Shown here in pieces: positions 24,309 to 35,534 of a stretch of DNA of 64,000 bases (its first letter is position 1; each line of letters begins with the position of its first letter). This DNA comes from Monocercomonoides exilis PA203 (lineage: Eukaryota; Protista; Preaxostyla), in assembly GCA_001643675.2 (NCBI GenBank), contig LSRY02000007.1, forward strand, positions 248,001 to 312,000, read 5' to 3'. The notes beneath the pieces are model-generated. The model searched no databases, was not told the DNA's origin, and saw only the letters and a list, made by a program, of their open reading frames with translations. Made by a program: the position numbers and the translations under genes.

Positions 24309-27300
24309 TCATCCAAAAACAATTAATATTTCTGTTGCTTGTAAGCTATTTCTATATTTTCTAATGCTTTCCCCACTTCCGAACTCTTCAAAATAATCTG
24401 TTTCCTTTTCTTTTTCACCAATCGCATCAAACTTCGAACTCAATTCTTTCATTTCTTCTTTTGTGTCAGCACTTTCACAAGTCTCTCTACCATTCCTCTG
24501 ATCAGCACTCCATCTCACATCTTCAATTTGTTTCTGCTCTTTCTCCTGAAAAACATTTGCAATGAACGAAAAAACAAGCAAAAGCGATAAAAAGAAGCAA
24601 AGCAACTCCGCAAAATACAACAAAACAGCAACCATCCGGTTGCCATACCACGGTTTGTTTGGGTTGGTCTCTTTCATCTTCAGAACAGACTCAAAAGAAG
24701 CGAAAAGCTGTGAAAAGAACATGGAACACTTGCTTTTTTTGTGCTTTTCCTGCTTCATCTTCTCCCACTCTGATGATGTAGGATTCTTGCTTTCTCCGTC
24801 AATAGATGAAAAGTCAGCTGATTCACCTTCTTTTCCTTCTTCTCCCCTCCTCTTTTTCGTCAAAGCAGGCAACGGAGAAATGGAAGGCAAAGGCAAAGGC
24901 AAGGGTGAAGAATAAGGAGAGGGAGAAGGAGAAGGAGAATAGTTTAAAGCAGCTGAATAGGAAGCTGCTGCAGGGCGAGGCGGAGTTGTTGTGCTGTCGA
25001 GATGCGAAGTGAACGAAGACTGATAAACGAATGATGGACTGTTCTTGGGGTGGCTGGGCTTTATGCGACTTTCTTTGTTTGCAGGGCAATATTTCATTCC
25101 AATGACAGACGAGAAAGGAAAAGAAGTGCTCTCTGAATGTGAATGGTGTCGCAGTTCCATTGGAAGAGGAGAAAGAGAAAGAGAAGAAGAAGAAGAAGAA
25201 GATGGAGAAATAAGAGGTGTCAGCACAGAAGATGGCTGGGAAGCACACAGACAAGAAGATGGTAAATGGCTGAGTTCTGAATGTGAGAGTGTTGAAGAAG
25301 AAGAAGAAGAAGACGATGATGAAACAGATGAAGAATTGTTAGCATCGAAATGGTCGATGTATTTCTCTTTGAACATTGGTGAGTCGTAGAATGACCATCC
25401 CTTGTGCTTCGTCTCGCGTTCGTGCTCAGCCTCGTTCTCCATCTCGACACAAGAGAGAAAGCTTGAGTGTGTGTGAGTGTATGATAATTCTGAAGTGCTG
25501 TTAGAAGAAGAAGAGGAGGAGGAGGATGAAGAGGAAGAAGAGGAAGATGGAATAGAAGAAGCAGAAACAGAATGAGAAAGAGAAGGAAAAGAGAATGTGG
25601 AAGAAGAAGAAGATGATGATGAAGAGGAAGAAGCAGATGAAGCAGATGAAGTGTTGCAAGTGGGCAAAGAAGGCAGCGACTTGCGTGAGTGGAAGCTGAA
25701 CTCTGCTTTGTTCTTCAGAATGGGCAGAGGGGCAGATGAGTCAGCATCAGAAGCAGACACATTCACAGAAGCATCATCAGATGAAGAGCAGGTCTGCTCT
25801 TCTTCTTTTTCTTTGACTGATGATTGAGAAGATGATGAAGATGAAGATGAAGATGGAATTGAAGATGCTGAAGAAGAAGAAGAAGAAGAAGATGTTGTTG
25901 ATGGAAAAGAGGGAGAACACTTCAACATGCTATTCCCAGCATACACACCCCATGCAATCTCATTCCACATTCGATTGCGAGAAAGAAGCGAATCAGACGG
26001 CAAAGACGATGAAGAAGAGGCAGAAGAAGAAGATGATGACGAAGTTGTTTTTGTTGAAGAAGAAGAAGAATATGAATCCATTCCCATTGATCGATAAACA
26101 GACAAAGGAGAAGATGAGTCAAAACCTGTAACTTCGTTTAAGCTCAGCAGGAAATCAGCAGCATCTTTTTCTTCTGCTTCAGTCGTGTCTTTCCTCTTCC
26201 ATATCTCCTGATGCCTCGCTTTCCTCTCCTCTCTCTTCGCCACCTCATTCTCTTCATCCTCTCCTCCTTCTCCTCCTCTTTTGCTTCCTCTTCTCTCTTC
26301 CTCCTCCTTCTGCTCTTTCCTCCTCTGCTCAGCTGGCTCTAAGACAAGCTGTGCAAATGCTGCTGCCAGCGAAGGCGTGCCACGCGCTACACGTAGAATA
26401 GACTGAATGTCCTGCGAAGACAAATGAGGGGTGGCTGTGGAGGAGGCATATGAGGAGGCATCAGATGGAGAAGAGAAGGAAGAAGAATAAGAAGAAGAGG
26501 AGGAGGAGGATGAAGGTATACAAAGTGGATTAGAACTAATTGAATATGGTGATGATGAATCTGAACTGTTTGTGTTGACGAAAGAAGGGTGTGTGTCCAA
26601 AGGCTGTTGAACTGTTGCTTTTGTGGTTCGTTTGGGACTCAGAGGAGGTTCTTCAAAGGAAAGAGAAGAAGGAGAAGAGGAAGAGGAAGAGGAAGAGGAA
26701 GAATCTGAAGAGAAAGGAGAAGGCGAATTAGAAGGAGAAAGATATGAATACACAGCGCCATCGTCCACTGGCTGTATTGTTGTGCTTCGTGTTGCTATTT
26801 GCGGCTGCGGTGTTTTAATAATCGTCTCACAAATATCAAATGTGCTGTTATCTTCTTCTTCTCTTTCTTCTTCTTTCCCCTTTCCAAAGCTTTCTTTCTT
26901 TTCCTTTGATTCTTCTATTTTTTGTTTCTTCTCATTCTTCTCATTCCTTTTCTTCTTCTTCTTCTGCAGAAGATGTGGATTTCTCTTCAAAAACTCCTTT
27001 GTTGAGGCAGAGTTTGTTGTGATGGAGAAAGAAAGAGATGCTGCTGATGATGAAAAGGAGGGGATGAACGAGCGAAGGAGAGGAGTAAATGAAGAAGAAG
27101 ATGAAGAAGAAGAAGAAGAAGAAGAAGAAGAAGAAGAAGAAGAAGAAGAAGAAGAAGAAGAAGAAGAAGAAGAAGAAGAAGAAGAAGAAGAAGAAGAAGA
27201 AGAAGAAGAAGATGATGATGATGATGATGATGTAGAAATAAATGGAGATTTTGAAGAGCTTGTTTTGGATTTAATAGAAGGAGAAGGCATTGGATAAGAT

Positions 27301-30300
27301 TGAGATGAAAGAGAAGAAGAAGATTTTGAGTCAACATAAGGAGAAGAAGGAAGAGGACGTGAAGGAGAAGATTGAATGAGAGAGGAATAGCAGGAAGAAG
27401 AAGAAGAGGATGAAAGAGAAGGAGAAAGAGAAGAGGAAAAGGAAGGGGAAAACAAAGGCGAAGATGAGAAAGATGTTAATGGAGAAGAATGAGGAGAAAA
27501 AGAGGAAGGTGAAGAAGGTGAAGGAGGAGGCTGGTAAAGTTTGTTCAGAAACATTTCAGATTGTTTTGGCTCAGAAGACATTGGATGGACAGTGAAGATG
27601 GGAATCTCAAAGGAGAACAAAGAATTAGAGGAAGAAGAAGATGAAAGAGAAGAAGAAGAAGCAAAAGAACGAATTGCTTGGAAGTTTGAAGATTTTGTTG
27701 TTGGAACAGGAATTGTGTTGAATGCCAGCGATGTTGAAGATGTTGCTTGTTGCTTATCTTCCGTTTTGATGTTGTTTGACTTCTTATTTTCTTCCTTCAA
27801 TTTCTCCTTTTTCTCTTTGTCCTCATCTTTTGCCTTCTTTTCATCATTTTCATCTCCTTCTTTTGTTTTGTCTTTGTCTTTTCCCTTTTTCCCTTCTTTC
27901 TCTTTCTCTTTCTCTTTCTTTTCATTCTTCTTTTTATCCTTTGCTGTTCTGCTCATCCATCCAATCAGCCACGTCTTCCTCCCTTTTTTGTTTTTGCCTT
28001 CTTCTCCTTCTCCTTCTCCCTCTTCTTCTCCCTCTTCCTCTTCTTCCTCCTCCTCTTTTCTCCTCTTCTCTCTTTCCCTCTCCTTCTCCTGCTCTCTCTC
28101 GTTCCTCTCTCTCTTCACCTGCTCGTCAATCGCCCTCAAAAAGGGGGTGAATGATGTTGGATTGCTCGATGCTACTTTCGAAGGAGGAGTAATAGGAGTG
28201 ACAGGTGTATTAGGTGTATTAGGAGTATTAGGTGTGTCTGGTGAAGTCAAAGGAAAAGACACAGAAGAGTCCAACGGCTCTGAGACACACTCAGAATTCT
28301 CCTCTTTCATTTCACTTATCTCGCTTCTGTCTGAATGTGGAAGAGAACCTTTCGCTTTCTCTCTTCTCTTCTGCTCCTTCTGGTTTTTCTTCCATTCCTT
28401 CTTCTCTTTCTTCTCTTTTTCTTTTTCCTTCTTGTTTTTCGCTGCTCGTAAACTCTTCTCAAACTGCCTTTTCTCCTTCTGCCTTTGCATCTCCCTCCAC
28501 TTCTTCTCCATCTCCTTCCTCTCCTTCTCTCTCTCCTTCTCTGTCTTCCTCTTCTCTGCATACAAAACACTGCTTCCCTCGCGGTCTGAGGCAGTTGCTG
28601 GCAAAAACATGCAGTTTTTCAGCTTCTTCTTCTTCTTCGCCTCTTCCAAAGTGAACACAAAACACGACAGGCAGATGAGAGCGATGCCCAAATAGAACGA
28701 GAGAGGAAGAGGAGAGCAAAAAGAATGAGAAGAAGACAGAAGATCGGCTACAAGTGAATCCAAATAAGATGAATCGGAATCGACTGGAAAAGCTAAAGAC
28801 GATAAAGAAGTGAGTGACGATGATAAAGAAGAAGAGGAGGAAGAAGAAGAAGATAATGATGATAACGATGATGATGATGATGATGATTCCGGTTGTGGAG
28901 GCAATGAAATCAAAGGTGCTGTGAATGAATAAGACTTCAGCACAGGCACAGATGAAGCGGTTGTGTTGCCAGAGCGAGCGAAAACGCTCACATTTGCCTG
29001 TTTTTGTGTCAAAAGAGAAGAATTCTGGAAGGCCTCAGAATAAAACGAGGATGTTGAATTGGCTGGCTCGTCTTCAGAATAAACAGATATTTGAAGAGGT
29101 GGCATTGCTGTGGCTGTCTCAGAAGACAGAGGAGGAGAATGAGAAGAGCGAAGATGCGAGAGTGTTTCTATGTTGCACAGGTGTCTGTGAGAGAGGAGGA
29201 GAAGGAAGAGAAGAGTGAGGAAGCTGCGCAGGACGGTAAGTGACTGCATCTGTGTGGCTGAAGTGTGCTTGAAGACATAAAGATAGAGTGTGGATGAGAC
29301 AGTGTATGAGATGGCTGAGAGAAGGAGAGCACAAAGCAGAAGAAGATTGGATGAAATGAAAAAGGGCGAAGACGAATGAAATGAGGAGGAAATTGTACTT
29401 ATATTTTTTTCACTCAAAACACTGCTGTCCACAGATAGCAGACTGGAAGAGCAGGCAGGTGGAGCAGAAGACAACTGACTTTGCTCAAAGTTGAGGTGGC
29501 TTGTGTTCGAGTATGCCGATGCAGTCGATGAGTGAATTGAAGGAAGGTGAGAGTTCTGCATTGTGAGATTCCTTGAATACAAGACATACAGTCCAATGCA
29601 CATAACAACTAAGCAGCGCTTGATGTATGTCATGTACAATGTTGATATCCTGTTTGGTTTTATTTGCTTGAACGTAAAACGTAATAGCTTCCAAAAATAC
29701 TTTGGTATCAAAAAAACAATGTTCGAAAGTTTCATAATAAAACTTGTGACAAATGGTCCATAGGCAGCATGATTAGTGCGATGTGTTGCTGAGCTTACAT
29801 GCTCTGGAAGAGGATCATTTGCTGGTGCAGAATAGAGTGGTGCATCCATATCTATAACTGTGGGAGATATAAATGGTAAAGGAATACGATCATGACGGCT
29901 ATCCAAAGACGGTGATATAAATGTTGCATTATCACTCAAGTCCTTTTCGTCATTTTGCTCACAAAATAATTTAGCAGCTGTTTGTTCCTGTTCCGATAAA
30001 ATTTCAACAGATGTTAAAGGTTTTGCCCGATCATTGAACAAATTGAAAAAAGAAAAGGATCTGAAAAAATCAGGAATGTTAGTATTCTTGTGGTTAATTG
30101 CCAATTCCACGATAGAGTTTCTAATGATGTTTATCAAGAGCGATGCCAAGCAGAAAAACGATCCCTTTAAGGAAAAAATAAAATTTCCAAAAAATGTAAC
30201 AAAAGCTCCAATAAACAAAACGGTTAGGCAAAATATTGAAATAAATGAATATTTTTCTCCAAAAAGAATCCATGAGAACAATGCTTGATTTAAAGGTGCT

Positions 30301-30623
30301 AAAGAACGAATCATTTGGAAAGTTGGAAATGTAAGAGTCTCAATTGAAATGTGAAGCAAAATAAATGTTGTCACATCGATTAGCCCAACAAATAATGATG
30401 CTGTAAATGCCTTTACATAAGATGCTTTCTGAAACGGTGTATTTGGCCAAAAACGAATAAGAATAAATAATGCCACAAATGACGAGCAAATTTGAAATAT
30501 AGTTACAAATATCGGTGCCTTTAAAGTTTCTATTAAAAAGTTATTTAAAACAGCCACCGCAATATCAGCAATTAACCATAGAAAGAAAAAAACAGAATGA
30601 GAATTGCTGGATTGTTGACTCAT
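24309..30623 (-). CDS. SLC35/TPT-family (DMT superfamily) nucleotide-sugar-type transporter with large low-complexity insertions and tail, 2104 aa
   Basis: N-terminal helices VLNNFL..APIFVTIFQ, FPTFQMIRSLAP, WILFGEKYS and FSLKGSFFCLAS. Later helices LYVFKHTSATQMQSLTVLRS and FYLGIALICLSCFVFT complete an apparent 10-TM pattern. Single uninterrupted ORF. Confidence 0.7.
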   Translation of the reverse strand: MSQQSSNSHSVFFFLWLIADIAVAVLNNFLIETLKAPIFVTIFQICSSFVALFILIRFWPNTPFQKASYVKAFTASLFVGLIDVTTFILLHISIETLTFPTFQMIRSLAPLNQALFSWILFGEKYSFISIFCLTVLFIGAFVTFFGNFIFSLKGSFFCLASLLINIIRNSIVELAINHKNTNIPDFFRSFSFFNLFNDRAKPLTSVEILSEQEQTAAKLFCEQNDEKDLSDNATFISPSLDSRHDRIPLPFISPTVIDMDAPLYSAPANDPLPEHVSSATHRTNHAAYGPFVTSFIMKLSNIVFLIPKYFWKLLRFTFKQIKPNRISTLYMTYIKRCLVVMCIGLYVLYSRNLTMQNSHLPSIHSSTASAYSNTSHLNFEQSQLSSAPPACSSSLLSVDSSVLSEKNISTISSSFHSSSPFFISSNLLLLCALLLSAISYTVSSTLYLYVFKHTSATQMQSLTVLRSFLTLLFLLLLSHRHLCNIETLSHLRSSHSPPLSSETATAMPPLQISVYSEDEPANSTSSFYSEAFQNSSLLTQKQANVSVFARSGNTTASSVPVLKSYSFTAPLISLPPQPESSSSSSSLSSLSSSSSSSSSLSSSLTSLSSLAFPVDSDSSYLDSLVADLLSSSHSFCSPLPLSFYLGIALICLSCFVFTLEEAKKKKKLKNCMFLPATASDREGSSVLYAEKRKTEKEREKERKEMEKKWREMQRQKEKRQFEKSLRAAKNKKEKEKEKKEKKEWKKNQKEQKRREKAKGSLPHSDRSEISEMKEENSECVSEPLDSSVSFPLTSPDTPNTPNTPNTPVTPITPPSKVASSNPTSFTPFLRAIDEQVKRERNEREQEKEREREKRRKEEEEEEEEGEEEGEGEGEEGKNKKGRKTWLIGWMSRTAKDKKKNEKKEKEKEKEGKKGKDKDKTKEGDENDEKKAKDEDKEKKEKLKEENKKSNNIKTEDKQQATSSTSLAFNTIPVPTTKSSNFQAIRSFASSSSLSSSSSSNSLFSFEIPIFTVHPMSSEPKQSEMFLNKLYQPPPSPSSPSSFSPHSSPLTSFSSSPLFSPSFSSSLSPSLSSSSSSSCYSSLIQSSPSRPLPSSPYVDSKSSSSLSSQSYPMPSPSIKSKTSSSKSPFISTSSSSSSSSSSSSSSSSSSSSSSSSSSSSSSSSSSSSSSSSSSSSSSSFTPLLRSFIPSFSSSAASLSFSITTNSASTKEFLKRNPHLLQKKKKKRNEKNEKKQKIEESKEKKESFGKGKEEEREEEDNSTFDICETIIKTPQPQIATRSTTIQPVDDGAVYSYLSPSNSPSPFSSDSSSSSSSSSSPSSLSFEEPPLSPKRTTKATVQQPLDTHPSFVNTNSSDSSSPYSISSNPLCIPSSSSSSSSYSSSFSSPSDASSYASSTATPHLSSQDIQSILRVARGTPSLAAAFAQLVLEPAEQRRKEQKEEEERRGSKRGGEGGEDEENEVAKREERKARHQEIWKRKDTTEAEEKDAADFLLSLNEVTGFDSSSPLSVYRSMGMDSYSSSSSTKTTSSSSSSSASSSSSLPSDSLLSRNRMWNEIAWGVYAGNSMLKCSPSFPSTTSSSSSSSSASSIPSSSSSSSSSQSSVKEKEEEQTCSSSDDASVNVSASDADSSAPLPILKNKAEFSFHSRKSLPSLPTCNTSSASSASSSSSSSSSSSTFSFPSLSHSVSASSIPSSSSSSSSSSSSSSSNSTSELSYTHTHSSFLSCVEMENEAEHERETKHKGWSFYDSPMFKEKYIDHFDANNSSSVSSSSSSSSSSTLSHSELSHLPSSCLCASQPSSVLTPLISPSSSSSSSLSLSPLPMELRHHSHSESTSFPFSSVIGMKYCPANKESRIKPSHPKNSPSFVYQSSFTSHLDSTTTPPRPAAASYSAALNYSPSPSPSPYSSPLPLPLPSISPLPALTKKRRGEEGKEGESADFSSIDGESKNPTSSEWEKMKQEKHKKSKCSMFFSQLFASFESVLKMKETNPNKPWYGNRMVAVLLYFAELLCFFLSLLLVFSFIANVFQEKEQKQIEDVRWSADQRNGRETCESADTKEEMKELSSKFDAIGEKEKETDYFEEFGSGESIRKYRNSLQATEILIVFG
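27091..27231 (+). repeat. (GAA)n(GAT)n trinucleotide repeat encoding poly-Ser on the minus strand
   Basis: About 45 consecutive triplets inside the transporter ORF. Confidence 0.9.
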
Positions 30624-31503
30624 TTATTTATGATGGTTTGGATCGAATTTTTGTCGGAAACAAATAAAAATCCACTTATCTTATTCGATGATAACAAAAT
30701 GATTCCAGACAAATCGGTTTTTCACGGCCGTTCATAAAACACTAATTGAAGAACTTACAAAAAAAAATGGAAAAAAAAAAGTTATTGATTTGTGATTCTT
30801 TAATTTTTTGTTTTATAAATGGATTCAATGAAAAAATCAAAAATTTTTAAAAAGAAAGAAAGAAAATTGCCTTCTTTTATTGAAAAAATGGAAAAGTGTG
30901 ACATAATGGGGAAGTTCTTTTTTATCGAAAAAGCAACTTTCAAAAACAATTTTTATTTTGTATTGTTTTCATAATGATTAATTGTTATTAAATATGAGTG
31001 AAAAACGTATTTGAATTTTGTAATTAACAATTTATCGAAATACTGTATTTTTTCGGTGCAATTAGAACCGGTAGAGCCTGAACAAGCGCAAAAACTCTCT
31101 CAATCTGTTTCACTTTTTGAAGAATCTTAGTTTTTGATAATATCATCTGAATCAGCTATATCTGATGTGATTTCTTCGGTGTCATCTTCTCGAATCCTTT
31201 GTGGCTCAAATTTACAAACTATTCCGACTTAATGGGTAATTCTTTTTAAAAAGTTGCGAATGAAAAATATCCTGGTTGTTTTCAAATGTTCATTATTTGA
31301 TCATTTTTTTCTATTGAATTTCCTATCTCTATAATTTTGCAAACAAGAATATGCAATCCTATTCGATATGAGTATTAGTGCATTGTATGGAAATTTGATG
31401 GATTAACAATTAAAAACGATCTTGTTAAAATAATTTTTCTTTTTCCTGGGAATTCAATATTTGCGATATTTCAAAAAGAATAATCCATTCAGTGCCATAA
31501 ATT

Positions 31504-32244
31504 TTGACTCCTGTTACGAAGGAGCTGCCGTATATCTTTGAGATCGGGTACGTCTCACAGCTGCTTGAAAGGATGTTGTCGAGGAATATGGAATCGAACA
31601 AACCGTTTCTTCTGACAGTCAAAATGCTGCGCGAAAAATGCACTGCCTTTACACTTTCTTCTCGCACGAACCGTCTCGAAATTGTCGGCCCGTTCAACGA
31701 AGCGCTTGCTGAAAGGAATGCGTTCTTAAAAGAACATAAGGACCAACCGTGGAGAGCCCCGCAAATGCCCATATGGGAAAATATCTCGGATTTGGACAAT
31801 ATTATTTGCCTTCCGCCAGAATTATGCACATATGGTAATTTTGGATACTCGCAGACGCAATGCCACTCTTCTGTCAATATGGATGAAGAAATTCCAGAGA
31901 TTGAGAAGGAAGACGACACTGGAACGCATCTTCTCGGTATTCTGGATGACATCATTGAGGAGTCAGGATTGCGCGATCTGGTTGAGGCCATAATGTTGCG
32001 TCAGACTCTGCCTTTGTATTTGCTGCAGTCAAGGACAACTCCAAAACTTGAAAAAGCTGGTGGAAATATGTTTGGTGCATTTAACAGTCGTAACATTTAC
32101 AGCACTCCTGTCGTTTTCGCCAGACCCTCCGATGTGACAAAACCATTCGGACAGAGCTCTTGCGGATATGCACAAGCATTCGCAACACAAGGATTTGGAG
32201 TTACTGTATCATCATTTGGCGCATTTTCTCCTTTTCTGACATAG
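31504..32244 (+). CDS. Hypothetical protein (start uncertain; first ATG at 31573, or an upstream exon)
   Basis: 246-codon ORF of normal complexity and higher GC than its AT-rich flanks; no recognised motif. Confidence 0.5.
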   Translation: MTPVTKELPYIFEIGYVSQLLERMLSRNMESNKPFLLTVKMLREKCTAFTLSSRTNRLEIVGPFNEALAERNAFLKEHKDQPWRAPQMPIWENISDLDNIICLPPELCTYGNFGYSQTQCHSSVNMDEEIPEIEKEDDTGTHLLGILDDIIEESGLRDLVEAIMLRQTLPLYLLQSRTTPKLEKAGGNMFGAFNSRNIYSTPVVFARPSDVTKPFGQSSCGYAQAFATQGFGVTVSSFGAFSPFLT

Positions 32245-32759
32245 AATCAGTTGACTGAATATGTTATTGGGAATTGATATTGAAAATTGTGCAAATGAAT
32301 ACGATGAGAATATGAACGCACTCAAATTGGATTTGTTCGTTGTATTTATTGTTTGAAAAGTGTTATTTTATTTTTTAACCATTGAAAGATAAATTGGTTT
32401 GAATAGCTAAAAGAAATGTCATTCATTTTGAACAATATTTTTTTGAAATATATATATATATATATTTTGATTGTTATTTTTAATCAAATTCTACTGTTCA
32501 TACAGAAGAGAAATTGCAATTACTCCTTTTATGGATTTTTTTAAAGAAAAATTTTCTTTAATATAAAAATGAGATTAAAAACCGCAATTCTTTCTTTCTG
32601 AATAGATTTTTGGTTGGAGGCTTTGAATTCTTTCTATCTTTTCAAAATAGATGAATAAACTGAATTCTTTTGAAAATAGCATTATTGTGCAAAAAGAAAG
32701 ACAAATAATACTCGAAGAAAGAAGGTGAAACAAAGAAAATAATAATGTGATTTTTATTT

Positions 32760-34400
32760 CCCACTGATGGAGATAAGATTTATCGAGTGGTTCAATTTAT
32801 CTGCATAGAATTATTATTTGCAAATGAATTTTCAATTGTTCAAACAGCGATCACGGTGGAACGTTGTGCTTTGGAAATTGACTGAAAATCATCATCACAA
32901 AATCCAATTTCACGAACTGTTTCTGGTCAGGCAGGGGTTACTCATTTGGATTGCAATTAACCAAATTCAATCTGAACTTTTTTTGATAGCTTTGATGATG
33001 TCTGTTCAATGACAAGTTGGAGCGTGACTGGATGGTATTTTTGGATTAGTAGCACTCCAGAAAATGCACAATCCCTGTTTTCCAACTGCAATCATATCAC
33101 AAATTCTGGTGGAAAATCTGCTTATTCTTTAAAACTTGGCGATCCACCAAGTGAGTGACCATATCAATGATTTCTCAGAGATTATCAATTATTAAACAAT
33201 TAATTGACAACTTCATCAACACACGGAGGAGTCGAATTTTTTTCTGAAGCGTCATTTCTCTAGATGAACGGGCTCGAATTCATCGCTTTTTCCTTCTTTT
33301 GTGGCAATTCCATCAAAACTGGCAGAATGAATGATGTGTTCTTCAATGACATCAACATCATTCAATCACCTTTTCAGCAATGCTGCTCAACAATTCCAAC
33401 AAAAGCAGTCTGGAATGAAGGAACAGTTTAAGACGCTGAGTGTGAGGGCTGACTCTTCCTTTTCTCTCCTTTTTTCCCCAGTGAAATGTCTTTCTCATTT
33501 CTGTTTGTTTTTCTTTTTTTCTTTTTTTCTCTTTGCTCCTCATTTTCATTTTTCTCTCAAATTTAGTATTTTTGATTTCTTCTGCATTTCATTATCTTGC
33601 CTTGTTTGTTATTTCTTTATTCAAATTAATCCTCTTCTTTCCAAACACTTTTCTTTGTTTTGATCTCTCTTTTTTCTCTTTTCCAATTCAACTTCCAACT
33701 CAAATTTCAAATCCAAACATCTTCTTCTTTTAATTCAAAAACCCTCTTCCATCTTCTCAATTCCATTTCCTTTCCAATTCTCCTCTCAAAGCATGCTCTT
33801 TATTCTCATTCTCTTTCTCTTTCGCCTCTTCTTTCATTCTTCTTCTTCTCATTTTTATTTGAGAATATTTCCTTCAGCTGCAAATTTTCTTCTTCTTCTT
33901 CATTTCATTCATGATCTCTGATGATGAAACAGATCATTAGGAAATCCAATCAGATGATGTGAATGAAGATGCGGAAGAAGAAGCTGTGTGAAATGTTATT
34001 GATATTTGAAGAAGAAGAAGAAGAAGATGGTAATAATGATGAATGAATTGAATGAGATGATTAATTGTTTAAGATTGTGAAAATGTGTGTCAATTATTAT
34101 CAACTGATAAATTCATGAAATTCTAGCTTTCCATTTTTGTATCTTTTTCTTGCAAACAATTTCTCCTTATCCATCACGAGGTTAGCTCAATCATCCTCTT
34201 TCATCAACGAAAAATAGGAAATATGCGCCAATACCTTTTCATTCCACCTCTTCTTCTTTCACTTCCCTTCATTCTCTCAAATCATCTTTCCTCCAAAAGC
34301 TATTCTTCTTCAAATTTCAATGCAAGGAATCTTCATCAAACCTGATTTTCATCAAACCTCTTTCTCATTCCTTTCTGCTTTTCTTCCTCGTCAGATCTGA
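32760..34400 (-). pseudogene. Heavily decayed coding remnant (Lys/Glu-rich segments, possible WD40-like fragments)
   Basis: Minus-strand frames give protein-like runs (KEEAKEKENENKEH, DMIAVGKQGLCIFWS) broken by many stops and frameshifts. Confidence 0.3.
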
Positions 34401-35534
34401 ATATTCACTCTATCTTTCAAGGCACAGTATTAATAATTTCCGATAAAAATAAGCAAAAAAAAGCAATTCCAACCCGAATATTTTTTGTTTTTTATCTTTT
34501 CAATGATGAACTCGATAGAGAATGATTGTTTTTGTTAAATATAACTTTGATCATCAAACACTCTCGTTTATCCCTTCCTTTTTCAACTGCTTTGTGTAAC
34601 ATTTTCCAGCCATTAAGTTCAACAGATTTCCCACTTTCAAATGCATTGATTTCTGACTTTTTGAAAAAAAGGATCTCAATGGAAAATTTTTAATTTAAAT
34701 GGGCTTTGCTCTAAATTGGAAATGCTTCAACAAAAAAATAACCCAGAGACGACCATCGTTCAATGCTTGCGTTCTGCAAAGCTATCAAAAATCATCAGTC
34801 TTCCTTCTCTGCTTTGTTGAAGTCGCAAAGATTTATAATTTTATTCTTTTTGTTCATCTCTTCCTTTGATCCATTCAGAAAAATATTCACAAAGACCATA
34901 ACTCTCAGATATTAACAAATAGCTAATCAAAAAACAATATTCAATCACCATTAAACCATTCACACACTGATATCTCTATTTGAGAGCGCAAACTCAAAAC
35001 TATCCAAACCTCATCACATTGAGCTTTAACAATTATCCTCTTCTTATTCCGCTTCAAAAAAGTTAAAAATATCATTTTATCCCTAACAATTGAACGGAAA
35101 AAAAATTGACAAATAATTTATCAAAGGATTACTCGATTATAACCTGAAAAATTGCGTTTATTATTTCCTCATCGATTTAAAAGATATCGTTTTCATTATT
35201 CACCTTCAAGGCAAAAAAGGATTTCATTTATCAACTTAGCTTTGTCAAATTTATCGCACAAATGTGAGAAGTGGATCATTATATTTGGGAATCCAAATGG
35301 GATCATCGTTTTCAAAAAAATTCTGTTTGAGCTTTAATAATGTTTAATATACAGCTTTTTGAAGATGAATTACTCAACAAGAACAAAGGGATTCGAATAT
35401 CATTGAAAGGAAACGAGCAAATACAGAATTAAGGATTATCATTTTGATTCATGATTGAAATAATTGAAACAAAAAACAATCAAATAAGACAAAAGATATT
35501 TTTTGTAATTGAATAGAAACAATTGTCGAATTAA

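Noticed and set aside
30898-31000. Possible fourth copy of the 268-bp element (GTGACATAAT...)
   Set aside because: Similarity is limited to ~50 AT-rich bases, with no far end or ATAT flanks found.
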